Source: a virus. Taken from it: a stretch of DNA of 64,000 nt. A program made the translations under genes and the position numbers. Shown here piece by piece: positions 48,201 through 56,988 of this stretch (position 1 is the stretch's first letter; each line of letters begins with the position of its first letter). The stretch spans positions 20,363-84,362 of IMG/VR virus record IMGVR_UViG_3300020403_000005; one strand, given 5' to 3'. Under the pieces are notes generated by a model that did not search any database, was not told the origin of the DNA, and saw nothing but the letters and a program-made list of their open reading frames with translations.

Positions 48201-51200
48201 TAAACCGCCAAATACCCCAGCCAGCATAAATGCTTTGTCGTATTTTTTTCCATCCATCTTCTCGGAATCTTTCAAAGCAAACGTCTCTGCATCACGATTG
48301 ACGGGTATTTCCTCGTCCTTCGGAATTCTATCTAATAAATTATTTGGATTGTATGTTTTAACCGCGTTTCTTTTGTATCTTTCGGCAAACGTATGTGTGC
48401 CTTTGGCAGTTTTTCCATCTCTTTGTCCAGCCAAGTGAACGCTGTAAGTTTCTGGATCAAATATTAAATTATTTAAATCAACGCCAGTGTTTCTGCTTTC
48501 TTTTCTTGCTCCTCTTAAAATATCTCCGATTCTACTTGGCCCTCTTGTTGCGGGTGCGGGGGCGGGGGGTACTGGTGTTCCAGGAGCTGCTTGAGCGGGT
48601 GTATTTGGTTGTTGGGCAGTGTTGTTATAAATGCCTCTCAAGAAAGCAATCATACTAATCCCGTTTTTTCTTCTCCATTCTTCGCTTTTTCGATCAAGGT
48701 CTATAGCGTTTTGTAGCAACTCTTGAGTTGCAGTGTTCTCTTTTTCTCTTCCTGATTTTAAAATTGCAATAGCTGCTTGTTGCGCCGCTCTTCTTTCTTC
48801 AGTGCTTCTGTCTCCCATGAATCTAGACACGACTGATGCGGTTTGTCTGGCGATCTGCTCGTCACTCACCCTGTTGAGTTTGCTGGGGTCTGTAACATTC
48901 AAAGCTTCTAAGATTGCTGGCAGTGCTTTGATACCCCCTTCAGAACCCTGTGTCATGAGTAGCTGACCCGCTTTTACCATGTCTTTAACGTCAGTTTGAA
49001 AGATGCTTCCTAAGCTATCCATAGCCTCTGTCATGGCCTGACCAGCAAGGGTTGTATTTATATCAGTATTCTTTAAAGTTCCTGCGGTCATGATTCTTCT
49101 ACCGATATCACCCTCACCAAGTTGTTGGCGTAATCTTTTAGTTATACCATCAACATCTGCCTTGTTAAAGTCAATCTGTTCTTGAACTTCTTCTTTTTGT
49201 TGTCTTTCTCTTATGGCTTCGGTTAGTTCTGCTATTCTTCTGCCAAGTTCATCTTGAGAATTTGTAAGTTTTTCGTTAGCTATTCTTAGTGCTTTTTCTG
49301 CTGGTGTTTCGTCTTTTCTACCAAAGTCTACCTCTTGAAGAAGAGACTTACCTTCAGCCGTTTGTAGTGCGGCTAGTTGCTGTAAGCTCATTCCGCTTCC
49401 TTTCGATGCTAAATCGGCTGAAGCGTCAGTAATATCCGATCTTCGTTGATCTAATTCTTGTAGCCTCTTCTGCTCTTCAGGAGTCAGTTGATCCTTTGAT
49501 CTAAGACGACTAGACTCATTCATTATATTTTGCTCTTCTCTGGCAAGCTGTCTTTGAATTGAGTCTATCATTTCTTGTCTCTGCTTGGGATTTGCTCCTC
49601 CCATGCCAGCCAAGACACCCTCTAAATTTTGTACATTTGCTGGGTCTTTCGCTCGTCTAGCCGCATCCTGCAAACTAAACGCAGTTCTTGGGTCTTCTGT
49701 AATGCCCAATCTTGAGATTACTTGCTCTCTTGCTCCTCTTCTTATAAATTCTTTGCCTTCGTCTGTAGATAATCTCTGGTTTATTTCTTTGATAAAAGCA
49801 TCAATTAGTGGATCACGCTGGCCGCCTTTTCTTACGGATTCTTGTTGTTGTTTTTCTAAAAAGTCTCTTCTGCTTTCTAATTGAGTAACTGCATTGGCAG
49901 TTGCACCTCTTGTAGCTTCTTCAACGGCCTGTGCAATAGCTGTTCCCTCTTTGAGTCTTCCTGTGGTAGTGTCTAGTTCTGGAGCTAAACCCAAGAACTC
50001 TACGCCCTCAATACCCATATTCAAGGCGGCTCTGCCTCTAGCGGCCATACCGCCTCTAGTTCTTTGACCTGGTCCGAATTGACCCAAAGCCTTGGCGGCG
50101 GATACAAATCTTTCAACAGATTCTTTTATTTTAGATGGATCAAGAAAAGCCTCTATTCCGCCAGCGAGGTTTTTCATTACGTCTTTTTCCATATCGACGT
50201 TTATTTGAGCAACGCCGATGCCTCTTTGCTGCTCTCCAATCCTTAGTTCGGAACTGAATTCTTGCTGCGCTTCTGCTATCTCTTCTTGAGCCTGTCTTGC
50301 TCTTCTTGCGGCGTTTGCGGATTGAATCAACTCTCTTCTAAATTTAGCGAAATCACTTGTTGATAATTCTCTTAACACTAATTGTAATTGAGCAGATGCA
50401 TCATATGTGTCTCCAAGTATGTCTATAAGCTCTTCTTGACTTGATGTATGTATTTGAGTAGCGTTTTGCGCTTGACCCATATCCTGCGCGAAATCTCTAA
50501 AGTCTATTGCTTTTCTTATATCGTTTACGAACCTGTCGGCTTTTAATGCTCCTTTCGAGCCTTCGAATATATCTCTAAATTCTTTGCTTGCTCCTCCAAA
50601 TAGCTCAACCAAGCCGCTGACCACTCCAGAAGCTTCGTCTAAATCAACTTGTATGCCAGCAGATAATTGAGTTTGTAAATCTGCTTTGGCTTGCTTGCTT
50701 ACAATCTCCGCAATTTTTGATTGAAGTTCGGCGGGGTCAGTGATTCCTGCCATTTCAAATCTAAACTCATCTGGTATATCTAATAAAAGATTATCTAATT
50801 TTTCTCTTAATCTAATTAAAGTCGATGCTGCGGTTTTTGTATTTTTTGCTGCATCTTGAAATTCAGAAAAGGCTTGACCATATTGAGCAAGATTATTATT
50901 TAATTTAGTAAATTCTTCTTTTGATTTTTCTGCCGCTATTTTTATGGCTTCTCCCTTGGCTTGTAGGGCTTTTGCTATTCCACTTGATGCGCCAGCTAAT
51001 CCAATCAATCCTCCAGCGGCTAAACCAGCGGGACCAGGTAAAACACTAGCAATGCCACTAAATGTACTTATGCTAGAGCTAAGAGAGTTAACTATGGCGT
51101 CTCCCTTTTCGCTCATGCTTCCAGTTAAATTCTTAACAGTATCAGTTAATATTGGTAAAGCAAACGACAAACCCAAGGCTCTAGTTTCAAAACCCTCCAT

Positions 51201-54200
51201 AGCTTTACTAGGCTTGAGAAACGCGTCTTTAGTTTTACCGAGAATACCTCTTTGAGCTTTACCTGCTTTGGCTGCCGAATCTACTGTTTTATTAAATTTC
51301 GTGAGACGGTCGCCACTCAACTCCATGTCTTTGGCAAGCTCTCTTGTACTTTTTTCTAACTGTTCTGCGTCATCCCCGCCAGAGGAGTAAGCGAGCCTCA
51401 CTCTTTCCAAAGCGTCGGCTAATCTATCGGCCTCGTCATCTGCTAAACCAATCCCCTTGATATCTGTCACACTAAATCCACTTGTTTTTTCTGGAGCAAA
51501 ATTTGGAATGTGTCCCTGTGATTTGCCTTTTGTTTTGGGGTCTATACCAGCAGCGCGAGCCAACTGCATTCCATGCTCTAAACTAGTCTCACGCTTTTTA
51601 TCAAAAACGCCAAGACCCATTGGGTTTTGCGAAGTTCTTAGCGCAGAGTTTGAACCGATACCAATTTCTCGTCTACTGTTTCCAGTGGCAGACATTTCTC
51701 TATTGATCGCCTCTCCCAAAGAGCCTTTACCATAACCTAAAACTTCATTGAAGTTAGGAATAAAACCAGAAGATTTAAAAATGTTAGAGAAAAGACTACC
51801 TTTGATTGAGTCTTGTTCGTAGCTAAATCTAATTGTTTTATTTGCATTTTTTGCGCTTAGGACGTTCTCAGGTATTTTACCAAATTTTAAAATATCAGAA
51901 ACTTTTTCTCGGGCCTTGATTGGTTTATCGGTTCCTCCATTAATTAGCTCCTTGAAGCCTCCTACATTTCTTAATGTGGTTGTTTTTTTTCTGCCAAGTA
52001 AAGCTTTATTTAAATCCGGAGCTTTTCCTTGCTTTATTCTTTCTCTAATATATTTGTTTATAATGTAGTCATCGCCGTGTCCACTAGAATTAAAAATTGC
52101 ATCAGCGAAAGATGTATCTTGTTCCATCTTTAACTTAGCTCTTGAGATACCTCCTTTAATTGCATTAGATTTTAATTCTCTGTTTTCTGATTTATTAAAA
52201 TCTATCGCTCTGCTACTGTTGCTTGCGGCAACTCCAAAATTTTTCGCTAAAGCATTTTCAAATTGAACTCCAAGACCAGCCCCACCTATTTTTTTCAAAC
52301 CTTTTGAGCCTAATTTTTTTATTTCTTCTTGAAGTTCTTTGTATTTTTTTGTTCCAAGTTGTTTTTGGGGAGCCATTGCGTTGCGCGAATTGGGATTAGA
52401 TGCCCTAGACAATGACCCTTGATTTATTCCAAGTGCTTCCGCTGCGTCTCTTTGAGAAGGGTAGTCATTTGCTTTAATATCGCTAAGGACTTGATTCCAA
52501 TCTATCGCGAAGTTTGGAACAAAACCCTTATTTTTTCCGCTATAAAAAATTCCCCTCGGCCCAAGCGCATCGATATTCTTTTGCTCGTTATCTATTAAGT
52601 CTCTATCTAATTTATCAGCAATTAAACGTTTTTTATCTGGGCCAGTTAAATTTACTAACGGTTTTCGAACACCCTTCTTTTTCTGACTACCGAACATACT
52701 AGCTAAAGGCATAACTTTACCAACATTAACTCCAACTTTAGATAAAGCTTTTTTAATCGCTGGGGCGTCACCTTTGGCTCTAGCAGTGGCAATATCAACC
52801 ATTTCTTTGGAGGATTGAAGCCTTCTGCCTAATGCGGTTAAATCATTGGGTGTAATTTTTAAGACTTCATTTGGATCGTTCCAATTAAAAAATCCTTCTT
52901 TAATTATCGTACCATCTAAATCATAAAGCGGAGTCTTACGACCCTTTGCAGAAACAAAATTAGGAACAAAACCCCCGTACTGTAGCCCTGATCCGTCATG
53001 ACCCTGAATTTTTTCGTAGCGTCCGTCTGGAAAGAGCCAACCACCGTCCATGGTTTTACCCATTAGATTATTTTTTTTCACTAAATCGGCATGAAACATG
53101 GCAGTGGGATCGTAATGAATGGCCATATTTTGATCTCTTACCGCCAAGTGTCTTCCGCCAGCACCCCTCCCTTTGGGAAGTTTTTGCCCTATTTGATATT
53201 TAACGAAATTTGGAATAAAGCCACCACTTTTAACTTTATCTATTTTATCTTTAGTGATCTCATTAAATTTTTGATTCTTTGTATTTCTTAGGGCATTTAA
53301 AGCGGGCAAGTTTACTTTATCATCTCCGAGTGCAAACCTTTCCCCCAGATAGTTCATAGCTTTAAAATGTGTATTTTGTTGTAAACCAAGCATGGGATTA
53401 GCGGCAATCGTGTCTGTGACGGCTTTTAAAGATAACTTGGCTTTTTTTGCGCCTTCTACACTGCTTCTAACTTCAATGGGTCTATTAATCAAGCCTTCGT
53501 GTCCTACGAAATGCTTATCTAAAAAATTTTCTCCTTGTTTACTTTGTATGCCTTTTAAACCCATAGGCATATCGACGCCCCCAGAGCCAGCCCCAGAAGC
53601 ACCGCCCAACATTTGAATCATATCCTCAAACATTCTACCTCTAACTTGAGGGAAACCAACTCTATCTAATGTAATTGCAGACGGGTTATAAGAACCAAAC
53701 GTATCCGCAGCGGAGTTAGCAATGGCGGTTTTATATTGTTTTTCTACGCTCTTATTAAATTTATCTGAAACAGACTTTTTGAAGCCCACTAAGGTCTCTT
53801 CTCCTGTTCTAAATTTCTCCGCGCCGTCTTGCTTTCCTGGTAAAGATGCAATTTTTTCTCCAGCGAAATCAGCATCTGGAGCTAATACCCCAGCGGGCAT
53901 ACGCCTAGCGATGGCCGCCATTAATTTCCCGCGCTGCATTGCCTCTTTTACGATTTTAGTTTGTTCGCTAGTAGCAAAATTTGGTACAAACCCCTCACTT
54001 AATGAATAAGGATCAATTCCAGTTTTCTTTATTGAATTTGCTCGATGTAATTTTCCTTCAATGCTATCTTTCGGGGGATTGATGAAGGGTTGTCGCATAC
54101 CAGAAACCTTAACCTTTTCTTCGTCAGTGTTTCTTATGATAGACCCTACGCCAGCTATGTTATCTTTCACCGCTCTAGTTGATGAATTAGAATAAGAAGC

Positions 54201-55904
54201 GTTTCTAATCTCCATTTCTTTCATCACCTTTTCTCTACTGGAGAAGTTAGGAATAAATCCTTCAGATTTTAATTTAGCATTACCCAAGGTTAAGGCTTGC
54301 CCTCCACTCGCCAACGTTCTTACTTGCGCTCCAGCACTGGTAAGTAAGCTAGAAAGCTGCCTAATAACGGTCGCCTCTTTCTCTAGCATTGATGTCTCTT
54401 TTGCTATCCTGCTGATGATTAAATTATGAGCTTCTGCTACATCTAAAGTTCCGTCCTCAATTCTGTCTAAAATTTCTGGATTGTCGGCTAGAACCTGTGA
54501 AACTTTTTGTTGTATTTGAAGTTGCTGTTGAGAAGCAGCACCTATTCCTGATATAGTTTTAAAAGCATCAGTAACCTGTCTGCTTAAATTTGTGAACACT
54601 TTAATTAAAGTTACGCCCAATACGGCGAAACCAGGTCCAGCTAAAAATTTTCCTATTCCGCCTAATACCCCAGAAGCTATCTTCTCCCCTGCGCTTTCGG
54701 CATTTTCTAAATCTATATTATCTAAAGCCGCATTTATACCACCCAAACCTTTTGAGATCGCTGGTCCAAAAGTTATTTTACCTACCTGTGATCCAAACTT
54801 TCTAAAGTTCTCAATAGTTTTGTTTAATGTTGCACTTACTGTTTTGTTTAATTCTTCATTTCTTCTGGCGGCTTCATCAGTAGCTGTATTAGAGATTTCT
54901 AAAGCATTGTTGTAAAGTGAAAATTCTTTACCCAAATCTCTTAACGCCGCTTTTAAAACGTTAACTTGGAATACACCACCAACTAATTCTGCTATTTGAG
55001 ACCTTTGGGCGGAACTCAGAGTGTCATATGTTTGAGCTAAATCTTTTAAAATTCCGATTGCTGGTTTTGTATTGCCAGCTAAATCTCTTACGCCTATTCC
55101 TATATTCTCTAGCTCTTTGATTACTCTGGGTCTTTGAATGCGAGTAAATATAGTTTTGAATGAGTTACCAATAACAGCACCACCACGAGCGGTAATTTGC
55201 TGTGCGGAGGTTACAATAGCTATTAATTCGTCCAAACTAACACCAGCCTCTTGAGCCGAGCTACCCACTCTTTGAATAGCTTTAGCTAAATCTCCAGAAC
55301 TGACAGCGAACGCTGCATCAACAGCAGCTAACTTGCTTACAAACTCACTTGAATCCAAAGCCGCTTGACTAAAAGAGTTTAAAGCGGCAGTGACAGCTTC
55401 CACAGATTCGGCTGCTTTTAAACCAGATAACCTAGTTAACACTAAAGCGTCTTGAGTTCTTTTTAGGGTTTCTTCTACACTTAAACCTTGACGAGATAAT
55501 TCTGTTGCGGCTTCAGCTACTTCATTAAAGCTTTGCCCTGTATTTTTCGCTACGTTAAAAAGGCTTTTGGAAAATTTATTTAAAGTGCCAGAACTTACAT
55601 TAAGAATTACATTAATATCAGCTAAACTTTTCTCTACCTGAATTGAAGAATCTACAATAGCTTTTAAGCCCTGCTGTACAGCGACTAGAGCACCAGCAGA
55701 AGCACCGAAGGCTAACACGCGAGCATTAGAGGCTTCTAGAGCCTTTTGGAACTCACCCATTTGACCAGTAATTTTGCCAAGCGGATTTTTGAAATTGCCC
55801 GTTCCGCCTAGGTTAAGATTAACCTTTTTCTTGCGGACCTTGTCAATTTCTTTAACAAGTGGCCTTACATCGCCACCCACCTCTATTCTAATGTCTTCTG
55901 GCAT
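45282..55904 (-). CDS. tape measure protein, 3540 aa, with an internal domain-cassette array
   Basis: N-terminal tape-measure core (VAEAATELSRQG...VDAAFAVSSGDLAKAIQRVG...GAVIGNSFKTIFTRI), A/L-rich helical regions and predicted TM segments; follows tube and chaperone genes. Confidence 0.9.
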   Translation of the reverse strand: MPEDIRIEVGGDVRPLVKEIDKVRKKKVNLNLGGTGNFKNPLGKITGQMGEFQKALEASNARVLAFGASAGALVAVQQGLKAIVDSSIQVEKSLADINVILNVSSGTLNKFSKSLFNVAKNTGQSFNEVAEAATELSRQGLSVEETLKRTQDALVLTRLSGLKAAESVEAVTAALNSFSQAALDSSEFVSKLAAVDAAFAVSSGDLAKAIQRVGSSAQEAGVSLDELIAIVTSAQQITARGGAVIGNSFKTIFTRIQRPRVIKELENIGIGVRDLAGNTKPAIGILKDLAQTYDTLSSAQRSQIAELVGGVFQVNVLKAALRDLGKEFSLYNNALEISNTATDEAARRNEELNKTVSATLNKTIENFRKFGSQVGKITFGPAISKGLGGINAALDNIDLENAESAGEKIASGVLGGIGKFLAGPGFAVLGVTLIKVFTNLSRQVTDAFKTISGIGAASQQQLQIQQKVSQVLADNPEILDRIEDGTLDVAEAHNLIISRIAKETSMLEKEATVIRQLSSLLTSAGAQVRTLASGGQALTLGNAKLKSEGFIPNFSSREKVMKEMEIRNASYSNSSTRAVKDNIAGVGSIIRNTDEEKVKVSGMRQPFINPPKDSIEGKLHRANSIKKTGIDPYSLSEGFVPNFATSEQTKIVKEAMQRGKLMAAIARRMPAGVLAPDADFAGEKIASLPGKQDGAEKFRTGEETLVGFKKSVSDKFNKSVEKQYKTAIANSAADTFGSYNPSAITLDRVGFPQVRGRMFEDMIQMLGGASGAGSGGVDMPMGLKGIQSKQGENFLDKHFVGHEGLINRPIEVRSSVEGAKKAKLSLKAVTDTIAANPMLGLQQNTHFKAMNYLGERFALGDDKVNLPALNALRNTKNQKFNEITKDKIDKVKSGGFIPNFVKYQIGQKLPKGRGAGGRHLAVRDQNMAIHYDPTAMFHADLVKKNNLMGKTMDGGWLFPDGRYEKIQGHDGSGLQYGGFVPNFVSAKGRKTPLYDLDGTIIKEGFFNWNDPNEVLKITPNDLTALGRRLQSSKEMVDIATARAKGDAPAIKKALSKVGVNVGKVMPLASMFGSQKKKGVRKPLVNLTGPDKKRLIADKLDRDLIDNEQKNIDALGPRGIFYSGKNKGFVPNFAIDWNQVLSDIKANDYPSQRDAAEALGINQGSLSRASNPNSRNAMAPQKQLGTKKYKELQEEIKKLGSKGLKKIGGAGLGVQFENALAKNFGVAASNSSRAIDFNKSENRELKSNAIKGGISRAKLKMEQDTSFADAIFNSSGHGDDYIINKYIRERIKQGKAPDLNKALLGRKKTTTLRNVGGFKELINGGTDKPIKAREKVSDILKFGKIPENVLSAKNANKTIRFSYEQDSIKGSLFSNIFKSSGFIPNFNEVLGYGKGSLGEAINREMSATGNSRREIGIGSNSALRTSQNPMGLGVFDKKRETSLEHGMQLARAAGIDPKTKGKSQGHIPNFAPEKTSGFSVTDIKGIGLADDEADRLADALERVRLAYSSGGDDAEQLEKSTRELAKDMELSGDRLTKFNKTVDSAAKAGKAQRGILGKTKDAFLKPSKAMEGFETRALGLSFALPILTDTVKNLTGSMSEKGDAIVNSLSSSISTFSGIASVLPGPAGLAAGGLIGLAGASSGIAKALQAKGEAIKIAAEKSKEEFTKLNNNLAQYGQAFSEFQDAAKNTKTAASTLIRLREKLDNLLLDIPDEFRFEMAGITDPAELQSKIAEIVSKQAKADLQTQLSAGIQVDLDEASGVVSGLVELFGGASKEFRDIFEGSKGALKADRFVNDIRKAIDFRDFAQDMGQAQNATQIHTSSQEELIDILGDTYDASAQLQLVLRELSTSDFAKFRRELIQSANAARRARQAQEEIAEAQQEFSSELRIGEQQRGIGVAQINVDMEKDVMKNLAGGIEAFLDPSKIKESVERFVSAAKALGQFGPGQRTRGGMAARGRAALNMGIEGVEFLGLAPELDTTTGRLKEGTAIAQAVEEATRGATANAVTQLESRRDFLEKQQQESVRKGGQRDPLIDAFIKEINQRLSTDEGKEFIRRGAREQVISRLGITEDPRTAFSLQDAARRAKDPANVQNLEGVLAGMGGANPKQRQEMIDSIQRQLAREEQNIMNESSRLRSKDQLTPEEQKRLQELDQRRSDITDASADLASKGSGMSLQQLAALQTAEGKSLLQEVDFGRKDETPAEKALRIANEKLTNSQDELGRRIAELTEAIRERQQKEEVQEQIDFNKADVDGITKRLRQQLGEGDIGRRIMTAGTLKNTDINTTLAGQAMTEAMDSLGSIFQTDVKDMVKAGQLLMTQGSEGGIKALPAILEALNVTDPSKLNRVSDEQIARQTASVVSRFMGDRSTEERRAAQQAAIAILKSGREKENTATQELLQNAIDLDRKSEEWRRKNGISMIAFLRGIYNNTAQQPNTPAQAAPGTPVPPAPAPATRGPSRIGDILRGARKESRNTGVDLNNLIFDPETYSVHLAGQRDGKTAKGTHTFAERYKRNAVKTYNPNNLLDRIPKDEEIPVNRDAETFALKDSEKMDGKKYDKAFMLAGVFGGLGLLGYKLASKFGKGEETKKKNKNKSEKKNKKKKGKTPKPQTPSVTKQEQALMEQFLRENTITDPDGTERLKQPTSAPKAAPTPVVEQVNRYTDPAKLTPKPAAAPTPAAAPTTTAQQTILETTPKTNKPAIRIGRPEIPGYGGEQIDPIKPKQPTPPPTPRPMPIKKPRLVAPPTSGTRTPLPRITAPKSPSGGVGRAGGAAAAIFSSPVMGATSYFDDKAMVGSNPESQYLSTVQGLTMGMINDPTSLKDKGRNIVNPLLSPFEQFAESKTLGEAGKNALLGGPRLIGGVLSSAGEILATPGEQTIGRLIKNRKDKTRQQAVQAQAGRSLASMDSDKMFRPKSDSLQAIEDIERNLGILGGEGFGVNTNPEIFESLSAAKPLIRAQALSGESRNLETMLREAQSAGMNTDTGNLKKAKDRLQGNRVSQLRAIQDEMIRTGASPEEMAAFQGQLDSSGDVQGLIARTLTKQRKSILLGGTLGSSNPRNLPQNIMGEGFNSDLLPDSAGDVAGLRRYRDYTNQALPSSGSFDGIGGRLAFLNQQREQKAKRARELAARQARQREETAQIQRNMDYSLGFMQPKSFVEEGDNLKPVFSAQQQQFQEFERMGGLDFAANVYHDRFGAGSNTPGAADRNIERFRKLKENKIHELTAQKIGVHPDQLPKRKNLDQLGPIDPITGLPVGASDPVDPVTGLPSLMSQQSYEGPTQAGMIERGLKIERMEKEIASGAYSDIFDEREAQKHLEDLKIEQKLRQGAFEEARKYDPQMGMRGRTMAENSVLYNDQMRIASGMNGGIDPVTGLPAAALADHDEIRRLVQMQGGLRDNTAPMNPFSFSYDRLEGYDPMTGQPVERPEAIQNLDISNLVEQFQQMIIQMREEMTGGQNQNVEGAAVNTQDNTQIVINAPSQEELAAAYQAELERRMAEQTQQVAEAFRAAGQEQAANALIAVANAPARPPQSAQGGFPAGPMPYSR
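51498..54260 (-). repeat. seven dispersed G(F/H)(I/V)PNF-coding 18-nt repeats
   Basis: At 54243-54260, 53976-53993, 53205-53222, 52956-52973, 52509-52526, 51750-51767 and 51498-51515. Confidence 0.92.
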
Positions 55905-55925
55905 TTAAAATACTTTTCCCGACTA

Positions 55926-55934
55926 TATTTACAC
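55926..55934 (-). promoter_or_regulatory. putative late promoter motif GTGTAAATA
   Basis: Intergenic, 21 nt before the tape measure ATG. Confidence 0.65.
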
Positions 55935-55962
55935 TTTTTAATGTTAAATAATATTATTTTTT

Positions 55963-56988
55963 TTAGTCTAATTCGCCGTGTATTTTAAGCATATCCATCA
56001 TATCTAACGACTTTTTACCTTTCTCTTTCATTAGTTTGGATGCTGATGTATTTAAGTCCACTACATTTCTATCATCTCCGCTTGTGTCTGTCATTGACAT
56101 TAACTCTTCTTTAGTTGCCCCAAACACAGTGCTTCCGCCAACTTCTTTTTCTGGGGCAGAAGAGCTACTTGAGGAAGAACCCCCCATTGCGTCATACCAA
56201 TCTGCTGTTTCTTTTAGTGTTTCGTATCTGGGTGGAGTTTTGCCTTTTTGTTCTATGATGGTTTTATTTCTAACCCCCGAAGCAAAAAGGTCTGCTTGAT
56301 AATTTGTTAAATTGCAAACTGGCTTACCATAAAATACATATGGATCATCTTTACAAATCATTATAGAATTTATAAAAAACGCCGCCGCAGACACTTTTCT
56401 TATTTCCGATTGTGAAAATTGTCCGAGTTTAGCGTTATTAAGTAAAACATAAGCTGTTAACTCTTGATCATCAAGATCGTCAAATTCTTCTTCTGTGAAT
56501 TTTAATTGAGTTAATTCTATGTCTTTGTGAAGGGTATACTGTAAATATTTTTCATTTGCTTTTTTGTTTGAGTAGCTTTCGCAAGTTACTCCGAGTAGAG
56601 AAGATTTCTCTTCGGACATTTCTGATAATTTTTTTTCTTGCTTTTTAATCTCGCGTTCAACTTGTTTAACTTGAGACTTTACAACTAGTTTAGCTTTAGT
56701 TGTGTATAAAGAGCTAACGTGACTTGCTAGGTCTTTTAATTCCTCATCTTTCTCTTTTGACCATAATTGTTGCTCAATTAAAGTATTAATTTTCTCCTCT
56801 TCAGAGGAAAGCCCTTTTTGATGAGCTTCATAATAAATTTTATTTTTGTATTCTTGAATCCAGCCGTGGTCTATATCAGATAAATGCTTTATGTACATCG
56901 TGTTTGAATCATATTCAAGCACGGAATAACCATTGAGTATATCTTTATATACCCTTTGAGCGTTCTGAATCTCTTCGGCAAAACTCAA
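55963..56988 (-). CDS. putative tail assembly chaperone
   Basis: Lies between tube and tape measure genes; TTG start overlaps the upstream TGA. Confidence 0.5.
   Translation of the reverse strand: MSFAEEIQNAQRVYKDILNGYSVLEYDSNTMYIKHLSDIDHGWIQEYKNKIYYEAHQKGLSSEEEKINTLIEQQLWSKEKDEELKDLASHVSSLYTTKAKLVVKSQVKQVEREIKKQEKKLSEMSEEKSSLLGVTCESYSNKKANEKYLQYTLHKDIELTQLKFTEEEFDDLDDQELTAYVLLNNAKLGQFSQSEIRKVSAAAFFINSIMICKDDPYVFYGKPVCNLTNYQADLFASGVRNKTIIEQKGKTPPRYETLKETADWYDAMGGSSSSSSSAPEKEVGGSTVFGATKEELMSMTDTSGDDRNVVDLNTSASKLMKEKGKKSLDMMDMLKIHGELD

Noticed and set aside
51498-54260. Inteins or introns as the source of the tape-measure inserts
   Set aside because: No C/S...HN splice junctions or LAGLIDADG motifs, and the reading frame is continuous.
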